Positions 31,129 to 44,420 of a stretch of DNA of 64,000 bases are shown piece after piece. Position 1 is the stretch's first letter. Each line of letters opens with the position of its first letter. Below the pieces are notes generated by a model. The model did no database searches. It worked only from the letters and a program-made list of their open reading frames with translations, and had not been told where the DNA came from. The translations under genes were made by a program, and so were the position numbers. The stretch spans positions 558,001 to 622,000 of the forward strand of contig NIVC01000012.1 in NCBI GenBank assembly GCA_002269645.1. The letters run 5' to 3'. The stretch comes from Macrostomum lignano (lineage: Eukaryota).

Positions 31129-32158
31129 ACAGTTCTATAAATTAGAAAAGTTTCATAGTAGCTATTAGTATTATAGTAAAATTGGGAAATATATATTTTA
31201 TCAATACATTAACTACTTATATAACAACAACAACAACTTTATAGCCCTGTAGAAGTGGCGTGGGGGTTGCTTGGGCAGCCTGTATAGTGGGTCCCAGGTA
31301 CAAAGGTTGCAGAAAAGCAGGTGGTGGTCAGATTGGATGGATAGCATGGCCATTGTGTCATAGTCTATTACCCATCTAAGTTTGTAGTAACAAACTAGAA
31401 TGTAGTATACTTGTATATATTCTGTTGTTGAGAATGTTTGTGGTTTCTAAAAAAATGAAATCCTAGAACTTTATCGAATATTCTAGAAGCTAAGACCCTA
31501 CTGTACTGTGTAGGTATATATTGAGGGTGTGTGTGTGCAATATTGATAGACTACTTTTCATAATTGTTGCTATCAAAGCTACTAAGGTAGATCATACTAT
31601 ATGGATTTTGGATTTGATAGATAGACCATCAAACAATCGGCAATCACCTGTATCAACTAGGCAAGGTGCACAAGTTGACTTAATGGGTACCCTGTGAATT
31701 TTCCAATTGGGACCATGAACATAGGACAGAAGTGGCCATTTCTGTTCTCTCCTATTGGTGCACATATAGCTGGCTGAAGTTATTATTACTCGCAATAAAA
31801 AATGGTGCTAATACATGAATATCAAGCATGGCTGGTCATGGGTGGATACTAATACAACCCCTGAGCCATAGCCTAAGGCCAGAATCCACCCCTGCAAGGT
31901 GATTTTTGTCGCTTTTTTGCCAAATCCAGCTTCATTTTGTCAATGTGAGCAGAATGATGTACATCATTTGTGTACATAGGTTACTCAGGCTCCACCTTAA
32001 GAGTTTTAAATTTGACAGGCCCTTTTCCTAATAAAACCTACATTTTGCTATTTAACATTTTAATTTTTAAACAATTAGTCAATCAACATGTTTTCAATAT
32101 ATATATTGACCACTTCAATGCATGTTGATCTTGCTTAAAAGACTATTATTTAAAGAAG

Positions 32159-32674
32159 ATGCCAAAGCGTCGAAAGCAAGTAGACCAGAAAATTTCTGAT
32201 CTATTCCCAGTTAAAAGACGCAGCATTGCTTCTGCTCAGTCTGCTTCTGGTCCGACAAATTGCAGCAGCTCTTCATCAACAGGTGTTGTGGCAACCACCG
32301 CACCAGGTGTTACTAACCGGGAGCCAGGCACACAACAAAATGAAAACAACAATGGGCACTCAATTAATAATCAACAGCTGTTATCTAATAACAAGTCGAA
32401 TGATCCTAGTACATCATTGGCTACTGAAAGTAACACCTCTAGCACCAGTACAAGTGCGGGTAATTTGACTCAGCACGATCTCACGGTGCTGCGTGATTTC
32501 GATTTAAACTGGGAGTTCGGACCCTGTATTGGCATTAGCCGCTTGCAGCGCTGGGAACGAGCGGTTAAGCGCGGGTTAACTCCGCCGCAGTTTGTGAGGA
32601 ATCTGGTGTTGGCTCATGCTGGTAATCCGCTGTATACGGAGTGCATTTGGTTCTCTTATTCTGACCTCATTTGA
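32159..32674 (+). CDS. POLD4: DNA polymerase delta subunit 4 (p12), single exon, 171 aa
   Basis: N-terminal basic stretch plus PIP-like QKISDLF; C-terminal LRDFDLNWEFGPCIGISRLQRWERA..GL.PP, diagnostic of p12. Confidence 0.93.
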   Translation: MPKRRKQVDQKISDLFPVKRRSIASAQSASGPTNCSSSSSTGVVATTAPGVTNREPGTQQNENNNGHSINNQQLLSNNKSNDPSTSLATESNTSSTSTSAGNLTQHDLTVLRDFDLNWEFGPCIGISRLQRWERAVKRGLTPPQFVRNLVLAHAGNPLYTECIWFSYSDLI

Positions 32675-32782
32675 TGCTGCTTTGTGTGTTTATCGACATT
32701 GGTTAGTTACCACTCCTTTAGGAAACAATATATGCAGATGCTTGCTTGATATTCTGCTGATCCTATCATATACTACGATATC

Positions 32783-33820
32783 AACTGAAATCTAATCTGC
32801 ATCTACTGATCCCTAATCTATTTCTGCTGATCCCTAATCGATATCTACGGAGCCATAATCGATATCTACTGATCCCTAATCGATATCTACTGATCCCCAA
32901 TCTATATCTACTGATCCCTAATCGATATCTACTGATCCCTAATCGATATCTACTGATCCCCAATCTATATCTACTGATCCCTAATCGATATCTACTGATG
33001 CCTAATCTATGTCTACTGATCCTTAATCTATATCTACTGATCCCTAATCTATATCTACTGATCCCTAATCTACATCTAATGATCCCTAATTGATATCTAC
33101 TGATCCCTAATCGATATCTACTGATCCCTAATCGATATCTACTGATCCCTAATCGATATCTACTGATGCCTAATCTATGTCTACTGATACTTAATCTATA
33201 TCTAGTGATCCCTAATCTATATCTACTGATCCCTAATCTACATCTAATGATCCCTAATCGATATCTACTGATGCCTAATCTATGTCTACTGATACTTAAT
33301 CTATATCTAGTGATCCCTAATCTATATCTACTGATCCCTAATCTACATCTAATGATCCCTAATTGATATCTACTGATCCCTAATCGATATCTACTGATCC
33401 CTAATCGATATCTACTGATCCCTAATCTACATCTAATGATCCCTAATCGATATCTACTGATCCCTAATCTACATCTAATGATCCCTAATCGATATCTAAT
33501 GATCCCTAATCGATATCTAATGATCCCTAATCGATATCTACTGATCCCTAATCGATATCTACTGATCCCTAATCGATATCTACTGATCCCTAATCTACAT
33601 CTAATGATCCCTAATCGATATCTAATGATCCCTAATCTACATCTAATGATCCCTAATTGATATCTACTGATCCCTAATCGATATCTACTGATCCCTAATC
33701 GATATCTACTGATCCCTAATCGATATCTAATGATCCCTAATCGATATCTACTGATCCCTAATCTATATTTATTGATCCCTAATCCATATTTATTGATCCC
33801 TAATCTATATCTACTGATCC
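32783..33820. repeat. 21-bp minisatellite downstream of POLD4
   Basis: Unit GATCCCTAATCGATATCTACT. Confidence 0.95.
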
Positions 33821-34639
33821 TTTATGAATAACAACACTTTTTAATACCCCAATCACAGTCTATATTCTCTACCCTATAGCATTCACCTGCAAGAAGTGTC
33901 TTAGATAAGCAGATATTTTACTTATGATATTAAACAGCTGGCTTAGCTGATCCATTAGGAGTTGTCATCTGATCGCGCACTGACATATTTAAAGTACACA
34001 GTAAACTTTAGTGCTGTCTAATTCATGCGAAAAGTTTGCATTATTTTGTTTAGTATGACAAATATTGTTTAAATGCTTATGTAATTTAACATATTTGGAT
34101 TACGTTTCAAATTTGACAACATAAATTGTTTTTTTTTCATACTCATCAACCTATTAAGTCAGTGTAGTTGGCTTTATGATTGTTGTTGTTGTTGATTGTT
34201 GATTTTCATGATTGATATCGTTCTGTTTGCTGTAAGCTATAAAGTTATGAAGAGATGCATAGTGTAGTTTTGTGAGTACATTTTTTATCTAGATAGAATT
34301 TTAATTTATTATGTCTTGATTTTTGTTTTTCTTCAGTAAACGAAATGCTTATTTTTGTCATTTGTTTGCAGTCTGTCAACTTTTAATTTTTATTTTTTTG
34401 ATTGATTGAATTTGTTGATCTGTCATTAGTTTAAATTGTCTCATTTTGTTGCTTAATATCTTTTTAATATGTATGTTTGCAAGATTGACGGTGAATTTCA
34501 TACGTTTTCAATTTGTTTCGCTATTATTAACTTTATTTCTTATCAGCAGTACAGATTGGTTAGGTGAGTTTGGGTCCATGCAGTTAGGTTTTTATGGAAT
34601 TAGGGAGGGCTTTAAAAAGTTTAGAGTTTACGAAGGTTA

Positions 34640-34925
34640 ACGTTTATGAAATTTGATGTTTATGAAACTTGGGGTTTATGAAGTGTGGGGTTTATAAAGG
34701 CTTATGAAGCTTGGAGTTTATGAATTTTGGGGTTTATGAAGTTTTGGGGTTTATGAAGTTTTGAGGTTTATGAAGTGTGGGGTTCATAAAGTGTGGCTTA
34801 TGAAGCTTGGGGTTTATGAAGTTTGGGGTTTATGAAGTTTGGGGTTTATGAAGTTTGGGGTTCATAAAGTGTGGGCTTATGAAGCTTGTGGTTTATGAAG
34901 TTTGGAGTTTACGAAATTTAGGATT
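34640..34925. repeat. 16-17-bp minisatellite upstream of the eIF4E gene
   Basis: Unit TTTATGAAGTTTGGGG and variants. Confidence 0.85.
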
Positions 34926-35139
34926 TATACAATTTGTAGCTGAAGATAGTAAGTAAATTCAAAGTTCAGGGATAATAAGAAACCTTAAAAACGTAATACA
35001 CAGTTTTGATTAATGCATGATTGACTCTTGAAAAAGCAGAACAGCAACAAATCGACAAAGTGAAACAGAAATAGACAGACACCCTTGCCAAAGGCTTGAG
35101 TGTCTAGTAACTAATTGTTGTTGTCCTAATCGCGCTACT

Positions 35140-38100
35140 ATGAGTAGAAATATAAACATTGGCGGCGGCAACGGTGCGGGCCCGCCACCGATGCCCTATC
35201 CGTTGAGTTCTTCACTGCCTCCTGGTGCCGATTTTTTTAACGCTCAATTTGCTATGCAGCAGCAGCAGCAGCAGAACCTGCGTCCTCAGAGTCCTCCAGC
35301 TCATCTTCATCATTCTCAGCAGCAGCAGCGTCAGCGCATGCAGAGTCCGCCACAAGCCATGCTGTCGTCCAGTTTCCCTTCAAATTCATTTCCCGCGGCT
35401 ATGATGCAGCAGAGGCCGCCAATGCCTCCTCAGCAGCCGCAGCCGCCGTTGCCAACACCGCAGCAGATTGGCATGGCCATTATGAGCTCAATTGAAGATC
35501 ACCTCATGCACCATCAGCATCAGCAGCAACAGTTTGCCCATTCCCAATCGATGCACTTTCCGGGACATCAGCAGTTTCCTCATCAGCATCCTCAGCATCA
35601 TCAGCAACAGCAGCATCATCAGCAACAGCAGCATCCGGGTGCTGTTCATGCTCAGCAGTTCCAGCATCCCAGGCCGCCGCCCTCGCAGTTTCCGCCTCAG
35701 CCTCATCCTCAGCATCAGCATCATCACCCTGGCCAGCAGCAGCGGCCGCCTTTGCCACAGAATTTCATTGCCCAGCAACAACCGCAGCAGCAGCCGCCAC
35801 CTCCGCCAGCTAAGCAGGATCCGCCTCTACCCCAGGAGGTGGCCATGATTGATATGGCAGCTGGCCTGGGAGCTGCTTGGTCTACTGGAGACGATAGGCA
35901 GCAACAGAGACAGGGACAGTCGGTTGCCATGGCAACCAAGCAGAAGCAGCCGCATCAACAGGTGGGGTTGCACTGCCCCCTCCCTAATTGCTAGTTAGTT
36001 ATTCTAGCTCAGAATATTTCTTTAACCAGCAAAGTTCCGCTTACCTTGCCTACCCCATCAGGTGGTGCAACCAGTTCGTAGACAGCGCTTGAACTCGCTG
36101 CATCGAAGCAGCTCAGATCCGGAGTTTTTCACTGGTCGAAGGCGACACTTTGTGCCTGTACAGCACAAGCAGCAGCAGGCAGCTGGAAAGCAGCCTCATC
36201 CTGCAGCCAATAAGCAGGCAGCGATAGATGCCGGCCTCGCGCGACTTCGATTAAACAGTTGCAAAGCTGATCAACTGCAATCCATTGTGACAGAGCCTGG
36301 TACTGCCGCTGCTAGGTAATTATAGAAATTCAGCTGTGTCTGCTGGTTCTCAGAGATCTCTGAAATCTCAGAGAATCGCCCTGATTATCTCAGTGAATCG
36401 CCCTGATTATCTCATAGAATCGCCCTGATTGTCTCAGTGAATCGCCCTGATTGTCTCAGTGAATCGCCCTGATTATCTCATAGAATCGCCCTGATTATCT
36501 CAGAGAATCGCCCTGATTATCTCAGAGAATCGCCCTGATTATCTCAGAGAATCGCCCTGATTATCCATAGAATCGCCCTGATTATCTCATAGAATCGCCC
36601 TGATTATCTCAGAGAATCGCCCTGATTATCCCAGAGAATCGCCCTGATTATCTCAGAGAATCACCCTGATTATCTCATAGAATCGCCATGATCACCCTCA
36701 CTAAGAACAAACCAATCAATAAAATGAGCAATACGCCACCGCAGACCGGAAGCAGCAGCAAACAGCAACAGCCAGGCGCAAGCAGAGCCTGCTGAATTGA
36801 CCAGCGAGCCGATGCCAGCCGCACCATCAACTATTCAAGAGACAGACGCAGATGAAACTGCTCAAACAGCCGAGGCAGCAGCTGAAGAGGAGGATGATGA
36901 AGCTCCAGATGAAGCCGAAGTCCACGGCCTGGAAGATCCGATGAGGTGTCCACCTGACACGGACACAACTCTGCACGAGGCCTGCTCAGCTCTGCTCACG
37001 TATAGCAGATCAACTGGCGAAGCTGATTCTAACGAGGAAGTAGAAGATGAAGAGGCGACAGTTTCGGCGGAAGCTGCGGCAGTCGCTGCGGCTGAAGATG
37101 CCGCTAAGCATGCTCATCTGGATAAGATCGTGTCGCACGAGGCTCTAGCCGAGAAGCTGAGCACCCAAGCTGAGGAGAAACCGGTCCCGTTGCAGACTAC
37201 TTGGATTCTGTATCTGAGTAGGAATAGCGAATGGACAAGTAACGAAGATTATTTGGCCCGTTTGCAGCGATTGAATACGATTAAGTCTGTGCAGAGCTTC
37301 TGGGCCACTCTGCGCTATGTGCCTAAAGTGGATCTGCTGCCTACTAAAGCGTGTTATCATTTTATGCGGGACGATAGGCTGCCTATCTGGTGAGTTGGGT
37401 TGGCTCACGGCCTTCGATACATGCATCTGGGACTCAGTAGATTCTGCACATCCTTGGGTAACTTGTCACATCCTTAAGTAACTTACGTCGCATCCTTGAG
37501 CAACTTGAGTCACATCCTTGAGTAACTAGAGTCACACCTTTGGTAACTTGTCACATCCTTGAGTCACTAAGATTCAGTGACCATGACGACGTCCTTGAGT
37601 CACTAAGATTCAGTGACCATAAAGACATCCTTGAGTCACTAAGATTCAGTGGCCATGAAAACATCCTTGAGTCACTACGATTAAGTGACCATGAAAACAT
37701 CCTTGAGTCACTAAGATTCAGTGGCCATGAAGACATCCTTGAGTCACTAAGATTCAGTGACCATGAAGACATCCTTGATTCACTAAGATTCAGTGGCCAT
37801 GAAAACATCCTTGAGTCACTACGATTAAGTGACCATGAAAACATCCTTGAGTCACTAAGATTCAGTGACCATGAAGACATCCTTGAGTCACTAAGATTCA
37901 GTGACCATGAAGACATCCTTGATTCACTAAGATTCAGTGGCCATGAAAACATCCTTGAGTCACTACGATTAAGTGACCATGAAAACATCCTTGAGTCACT
38001 AAGATTCAGTGACCATGAAGACATCCTTGAGTCACTAAGATTCAGTGGCCATGAAGACATCCTTGAGTCACTAAGATTCAGTGACCATGACGACATCCTT

Positions 38101-39895
38101 GAGTCACTAAGATTCAGTGGCCATGAAGACATCCTTGAGTCACTAAGATTCAGTGACCATGACGACATCCTTGAGTCACTAAGATTCAGTGGCCATGAAG
38201 ACATCCTTGAGTCACTAGGATTCAGTGGCCATGAAGACATCCTTGAGTCACTAGGGTTCAGTGGCCATGAAAACATCCTTGAGTCACTAAGATTCAGTGA
38301 CCATGAAGAAATCCTTGAGTCACTAAGATTCAGTGACCATGACGACATCCTTGAGTCACTAAGATTCAGTGGCCATGAAGACATCCTTGAGTCACTAGGG
38401 TTCAGTGGCCATGAAGACATCCTTGAGTCACTAAGATTCAGTGACCATGAAGAAATCCTTGAGTCACTAAGATTCAGTGACCATGAAGAAATCCTTGAGT
38501 CACTAAGATTCAGTGGCCATGAAGACATCCTTGAGTCACTAGGGTTCAGTGGCCATGAAGACATCCTTGAGTCACTAAGATTCAGTGACCATGAAGAAAT
38601 CCTTGAGTCACTAGGGTTCAGTGGCCACGAAGATATCCTTGAGTCACTAGGGTTCAGTGACCATGAAGACATCCTTAATTATCATTAGAAACATTATTAA
38701 GGATCAATTTTTTTGGAAATTCCATTTTTTATGTATCGAAGAGTTTCAAATAAACAAAAGTTATTAATAAAGTATGCCTATACTCCACTTCCTCAGGGAG
38801 ACTGACTACCACATCGAAGGCGGCTCGTTCAGATTCAAATGCCCCAAACTGCACACAGCCACCATCTGGCAAGAGCTACTGCTGGCCGCTATTGGAGAGC
38901 AGCTCAGCGATTGGCTGGCTAAGGGCGACGATGTATCCGGTGTCAGCTGTTCGGTGCGAGAGAGCCAGGATATTGTAGAAATATGGCACACTAGAGCTGA
39001 TCTGGCTAGCAAGGCTAGCATCTTCGAGAATGTGCCCAAACTGTTGCCAAGGAATACTAAATTTCTTGCCTCATTTCACAAGGGTGAGTGAAATAGTGGC
39101 TAAAACTCTGTGTGCTCACACTAAATAAAGTATAGTCTTTAAGGTTCATTAAACCTTCACATTAGTGTACTCTCATCTCCTATCAACCCACCTTATCCTA
39201 GTGTACACTCATCTCCCATTAACCAGTAACCGAAAGTACACTCGATCAACACCCACCACAATGTACACTCGATCAACCCCCACCCCAATGTACACTTGAT
39301 CAACACCCACCACAATGTACACTCGATCAACCCCCACCACAATGTACACTTGATCAACCCCCACCACAATGTACACTCAATCACCCCCGCCCCAATGCAC
39401 ATTTGATCAACCCCCACCCTAATGAACACTCGATCAACCCCCACCCTAATGAAAACTCGATCAACCCCACCCCAATGTACACTTGATCAACCCCCACCAC
39501 AATGTACACTCAATCACCCCCGCCCCAATGCACATTTGATCAACCCCCACCCTAATGAACACTCGATCAACCCCCACCCTAATGAAAACTCGATCAACCC
39601 CACCCCAATGTACACTTGATCAACCCCCACCACAATGTACACTCGATCAACCCCCACCCCAATGTACACTCGATCAACCCCCACTCCAATGTACACTCGA
39701 TCAACCCCCACTCCAATGTACACTCGATCAACCACTTCAATCTCCGCAGCCTTCCGAGACAACTACCGCGCGCACATGCAGCAGCAGAAACGGCAGCAGC
39801 TGGCCGCAGACAGCCAGACGTCGGCATCGCCGCCCGGTCTTGGCGGCGGTCAGCGCGTGAAACGATCGCAACAAAGAAAATCCATTGGCCATTGA
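35140..39895 (+). CDS. EIF4E3: Class III eIF4E (eIF4E3-like) cap-binding protein with long Q/P/H-rich and acidic N-terminal extension, 5 exons, 717 aa
   Basis: Exons 35140-35961, 36062-36315, 36745-37389, 38797-39083, 39750-39895; phases match (2154 nt). Core VPLQTTWILY..VQSFW..YHFMRDDRLPIWE..GG..WQELLLAAIGEQL..GVSCSVRESQDIVEIW. Trp at the W43-equivalent and Tyr at the W56-equivalent fit class III. Linking exons 1-2 to the core is my splice inference. Confidence 0.8.
36362..36690. repeat. 22-bp minisatellite in eIF4E intron 2
   Basis: Unit GAATCGCCCTGATTATCTCAGA. Confidence 0.93.
37452..38678. repeat. 33-bp minisatellite (about 34 copies) with a 20-22-bp lead-in, eIF4E intron 3
   Basis: Unit CATCCTTGAGTCACTAAGATTCAGTGACCATGAAGA-type; lies between donor 37390 and acceptor 38796. 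Confidence 0.95.
39170..39733. repeat. 27-bp minisatellite in eIF4E intron 4
   Basis: Unit CTCGATCAACCCCCACCACAATGTACA. Confidence 0.92.
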
Positions 39896-40146
39896 GATTC
39901 AGCAACTGCTGAGCTTTGCAGATAAAGAATCCCTATGAATGGATTCCTTAGTATTGATTAACACTTGATTATTTAATAAATGTCTGCGTGTGCCTAGTTA
40001 TCAAATCTATTTTCCTCTGTCTGGCTGCTTAGCTTGCTTCAGTCTAAAGAACCAACCGGTTTGCTCCATGAATTTTATAATATTCTTGTTTGCATATGCT
40101 TGTATGAGTGGTTACTTTTTATAGTAAGCAATCTAATCGTCCCAAT

Positions 40147-42095
40147 TCTCCATGAGAATCGTCTCTAAGTCTCCATGAGAATCGTCTCTAAGTCTCCATG
40201 AGAATCGCCCTTAAGTCTCCATGAGAATCGTCTCTAAGTCTCCATAAGAATCGCTCCTAAGTCTCCATGAGAATCGCCCCTAAGTCTCTATAAGAATCGT
40301 CTCTAAGTCTCCACGAGAATCGTCTCTAAGTCTCCATGAGAATCGTCTCTAAGTCTCCATGAGAATCGCCCCTAAATCTCCATGAGAATCGTCTTTAAGT
40401 CTCCATGAGAATCGCCCCTAAGTCTCCATGAGAATCGTCTTTAAGTCTCCATAAGATTCGTCTCTAAGTCTCTATAAGAATCGTCTCTAAGTCCCCATGA
40501 GAATCGTCTCTAAGTCTCCATGAGAATCGTCTCTAAGTCTCCATGAGAATCGCCCTTAAGCCCCCATGAGAATCGTCTCTAAGTCTCCATGAGAATCGTC
40601 TCTAAGTCTCCATGAGAATCGCCCTTAAACCTCCATGAGAATCGCCGTTAAGTCTCCATAAGATTCGTCTCTAAGTCTCCATGAGAATCGTCTCTAAGTC
40701 TCCATGAGAATCGCCCTTAAGTCTCCATAAGAATCGCTCCTAAGTCTCCATGAGAATCGTCTTTAAGTCTCCATAAGATTCGTCTCTAAGTCTCTATAAG
40801 AATCGTCTCTAAGTCCCCATGAGAATCGTCTCTAAGTCTCCATGAGAATCGTCTCTAAGTCTCCATGAGAATCGCCCTTAAGCCCCCATGAGAATCGTCT
40901 CTAAGTCTCCATGAGAATCGTCTCTAAGTCTCCATGAGAATCGCCCTTAAACCTCCATGAGAATCGCCGTTAAGTCTCCATAAGATTCGTCTCTAAGTCT
41001 CCATGAGAATCGTCTCTAAGTCTCCATGAGAATCGCCCTTAAGTCTCCATGAGAATCGCCCTTAAGTCCCCATGAGAATCGTCTCTAAGTCTCCATGAGA
41101 ATCGTCTCTAAGTCTCCATGAGAATCGCCCTTAAGCCCCCATGAGAATCGTCTCTAAGTCTCCATGAGAATCGTCTCTAAGTCTCCATGAGAATCGCCCT
41201 TAAACCTCCATGAGAATCGCCGTTAAGTCTCCATAAGATTCGTCTCTAAGTCTCCATGAGAATCGTCTCTAAGTCTCCATGAGAATCGCCCTTAAGTCTC
41301 CATGAGAATCGCCCTTAAGTCCCCATGAGAATCGTCTCTAAGTCTCCATGAGAATCGTCTCTAAGTCTCCATGAGAATCGCCGTTAATTCTCCATGAGAA
41401 TCGTCTCTAAGTCTCCATGAGAATCGCCGTTAATTCTCCATGAGAATCGCCCTTAAGTCTCCATGAGAATCGTCTCTAAGTCTCCATGAGAATCGCCCTT
41501 AAGTCTCCATGAGAATCGTCTCTAAGTCTCCATGAGAATCGCCCTTAAGTCTCCATGAGAATCGTCTCTAAGTCTCCATAAGAATCGCTCCTAAGTCTCC
41601 ATGAGAATCGCCCCTAAGTCTCTATAAGAATCGTCTCTAAGTCTCCACGAGAATCGTCTCTAAGTCTCCATGAGAATCGCCCTTAAGTCTCCATGAGAAT
41701 CGTCTCTAAGTCTCCATGAGAATCGCCCTTAAGTCTCCATGAGAAACGTCTCTAAGTCTCCATGAGAATCGTCTCTAAGTCTCCATGAGAATCGCCCTTA
41801 AGTCTCCATGAGAATCGTCTCTAAGTCTCCATAAGAATCGCTCTTAAGTCTCCATGAGAATCGCCCCTAAGTCTCTATAAGAATCGTCTCTAAGTCTCCA
41901 CGAGAATCGTCTCTAAGTCTCCATGAGAATCGTCTCTAAGTCTCCATGAGAATCGCCCTTAAGTCCCCATGAGAATCGTCTCTAAGTCTCCATGAGAATC
42001 GTCTCTAAGTCTCCATGAGAATCGCCCTTAAACCTCCATGAGAATCGCCGTTAAGTCTCCATGAGAATCGCCCCTAAGTCTCCGTTAGAATCGCT
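40147..42095. repeat. 23-bp minisatellite, about 84 copies
   Basis: Unit GAGAATCGTCTCTAAGTCTCCAT. Confidence 0.96.
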
Positions 42096-42464
42096 TCAGA
42101 ACCTACTTGTCAGTCGTGTGTTTGCCAATTGCTAACCCCATATTGCATATGTCTTGCGTGTTGTTGTAACTCTGTTTCTTTGCTCTTAGCCCGAAGTAAG
42201 TGCACCCAAGTTCGACTTAGTATAGTCCAGTAATAAGTCTACTAATCTTTTTATACAATTTAATGTCTGCTCAAATGTCTCGATATATATATGTGTGTTC
42301 ACGAATGTTATATTTTAGATCTATTAACTGTTAATCGTTGCTTATATGCTTACTAAAAATCATGCCGGTGGGTATTTTAAAGAAATTCGAAAAATATTTA
42401 ATGCATTATTAGAAAGTTATCAACATAACCGCAAATTCTCTATAGCAATTCAATAATCGACTCT

Positions 42465-44420
42465 AATCCACTCTGAGAATCGCCCCTAATCCACCCTGAG
42501 AATCGCCCCTAATCCACCTTGACCCCTAATCCACCGTGAGAATCGCCACTAATCCATCCTGAGAATTGCCACTAATCCACCCTGAGAATCGCCACTAATC
42601 CACCCTGAGAACCGCCACTAATCCAATCTGAGAATCGCTTCTAATCCACCCTGAGAATCGCCCCTAATCCGCAGTGAGAGTCGCCTCTAATCCACCCTGA
42701 GAATCGCCACTAATCCACCCTGAGAATCGCCCCTAATCCGCAGTGAGAGTCGCCTCTAATCTACCCTGAGAATCGCCACTAATCCACCCTGAGAATCGCC
42801 CCTAATCCGCAGTGAGAGTCGCCTCTAATCCACCCTGAGAATCGCCACTAATCCACCCTGAGAATCGCCCCTAATCCGCAGTGAGAGTCGCCTCTAATCC
42901 ACCTTGAGAATCGCCACTAATCCACCCTGAGAATCGCCCCTAATCCGCAGTGAGAGTCGCCTCTAATCCACCCTGAGAATCGCCACTAATCCACCCTGAG
43001 AATCGCCCCTCATCCGCAGTGAGAGTCGCCTCTAATCCACCTTGAGAATCGCCCCTAATCCACCCTAAGAATCGCCCCTAATCCGCAGTGAGAGTCGCCT
43101 CTAATCCACCCTAAGAATCGCCCCTAATCCGCAGTGAGAGTCGCCTCTAATCCACCCTGAGAATCGCCACTAATCCACCCTGAGAATCGCCCCTAATCCG
43201 CAGTGAGAGTCGCCTCTAATCCACCTTGAGAATCGCCCCTAATCCGCAGTGAGAGTCGCCTCTAATCCACCTTGAGAATCGCCACTAATCCACCCTGAGA
43301 ATCGCCCCTAATCCGCAGTGAGAGTCGCCTCTAATCCACCCTGAGAATCGCCACTAATCCACCCTGAGAATCGCCCCTAATCCGCAGTGAGAGTCGCCTC
43401 TAATCCACCCTGAGAATCGCCACTAATCCACCCTGAGAATCGCCCCTAATCCGCAGTGAGAGTCGCCTCTAATCCACCCTGAGAATCGCCCCTAATCCGC
43501 AGTGAGAGTCGCCTCTAATCCACCCTGAGAATCGCCACTAATCCACCCTGAGAATCGCCCCTAATCCGCAGTGATAGTCGCCTCTAATCCACCCTGAGAA
43601 TCGCCACTAATCCACCCTGAGAATCGCCCCTAATCCGCAGTGAGAGTCGCCTCTAATCCACCCTGAGAATCGCCACTAATCCACCCTGAGAATCGCCCCT
43701 CATCCGCAGTGAGAGTCGCCTCTAATCCACCCTGAGAATCGCCACTAATCCACCCTGAGAATCGCCCCTCATCCGCAGTGAGAGTCGCCTCTAATCCACC
43801 TTGAGAATCGCCCCTAATCCACCCTAAGAATCGCCCCTAATCCGCAGTGAGAGTCGCCTCTAATCCACCCTAAGAATCGCCCCTAATCCGCAGTGAGAGT
43901 CGCCTCTAATCCACCCTGAGAATCGCCACTAATCCAACCTGAGAATCGCCCCTAATCCGCAGTGAGAGTCGCCTCTAATCCACCTTGAGAATCGCCCCTA
44001 ATCCGCAGTGAGAGTCGCCTCTAATCCACCTTGAGAATCGCCACTAATCCACCCTGAGAATCGCCCCTAATCCGCAGTGAGAGTCGCCTCTAATCCACCT
44101 TGAGAATCGCCCCTAATCCACCCTAAGAATCGCCACTAATCCGCAGTGATAGTCGCCTCTAATCCACCCTGAGAATCGCCACTAATCCGCAGTGATAGTC
44201 GCCTCTAATCCACCCTGAGAATCGCCACTAATCCACCCTGAGAATCGCCACTAATCCGCAGTGATAGTCGCCTCTAATCCACCCTGAGAATCGCCACTAA
44301 TCCACCCTGAGAATCGCCACTAATCCGCAGTGATAGTCGCCTCTAATCCACCTTGAGAATCGCCTCTAATCCACCTTGAGAATCGCCCCTAATCCATGAG
44401 AATCGCCACTAATCCACCCT
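42465..44420. repeat. 23-bp minisatellite organised mainly as a 69-bp trimer
   Basis: CCACCCTGAGAATCGCCACTAAT / CCACCCTGAGAATCGCCCCTAAT / CCGCAGTGAGAGTCGCCTCTAAT. Confidence 0.96.

Noticed and set aside
37540-38688. 382-aa ORF of HEDILESLRFS repeats (and the 373-aa antisense ORF)
   Set aside because: Lies inside eIF4E intron 3; a 33-bp unit without stops is open automatically, and no start context or splice link was found.
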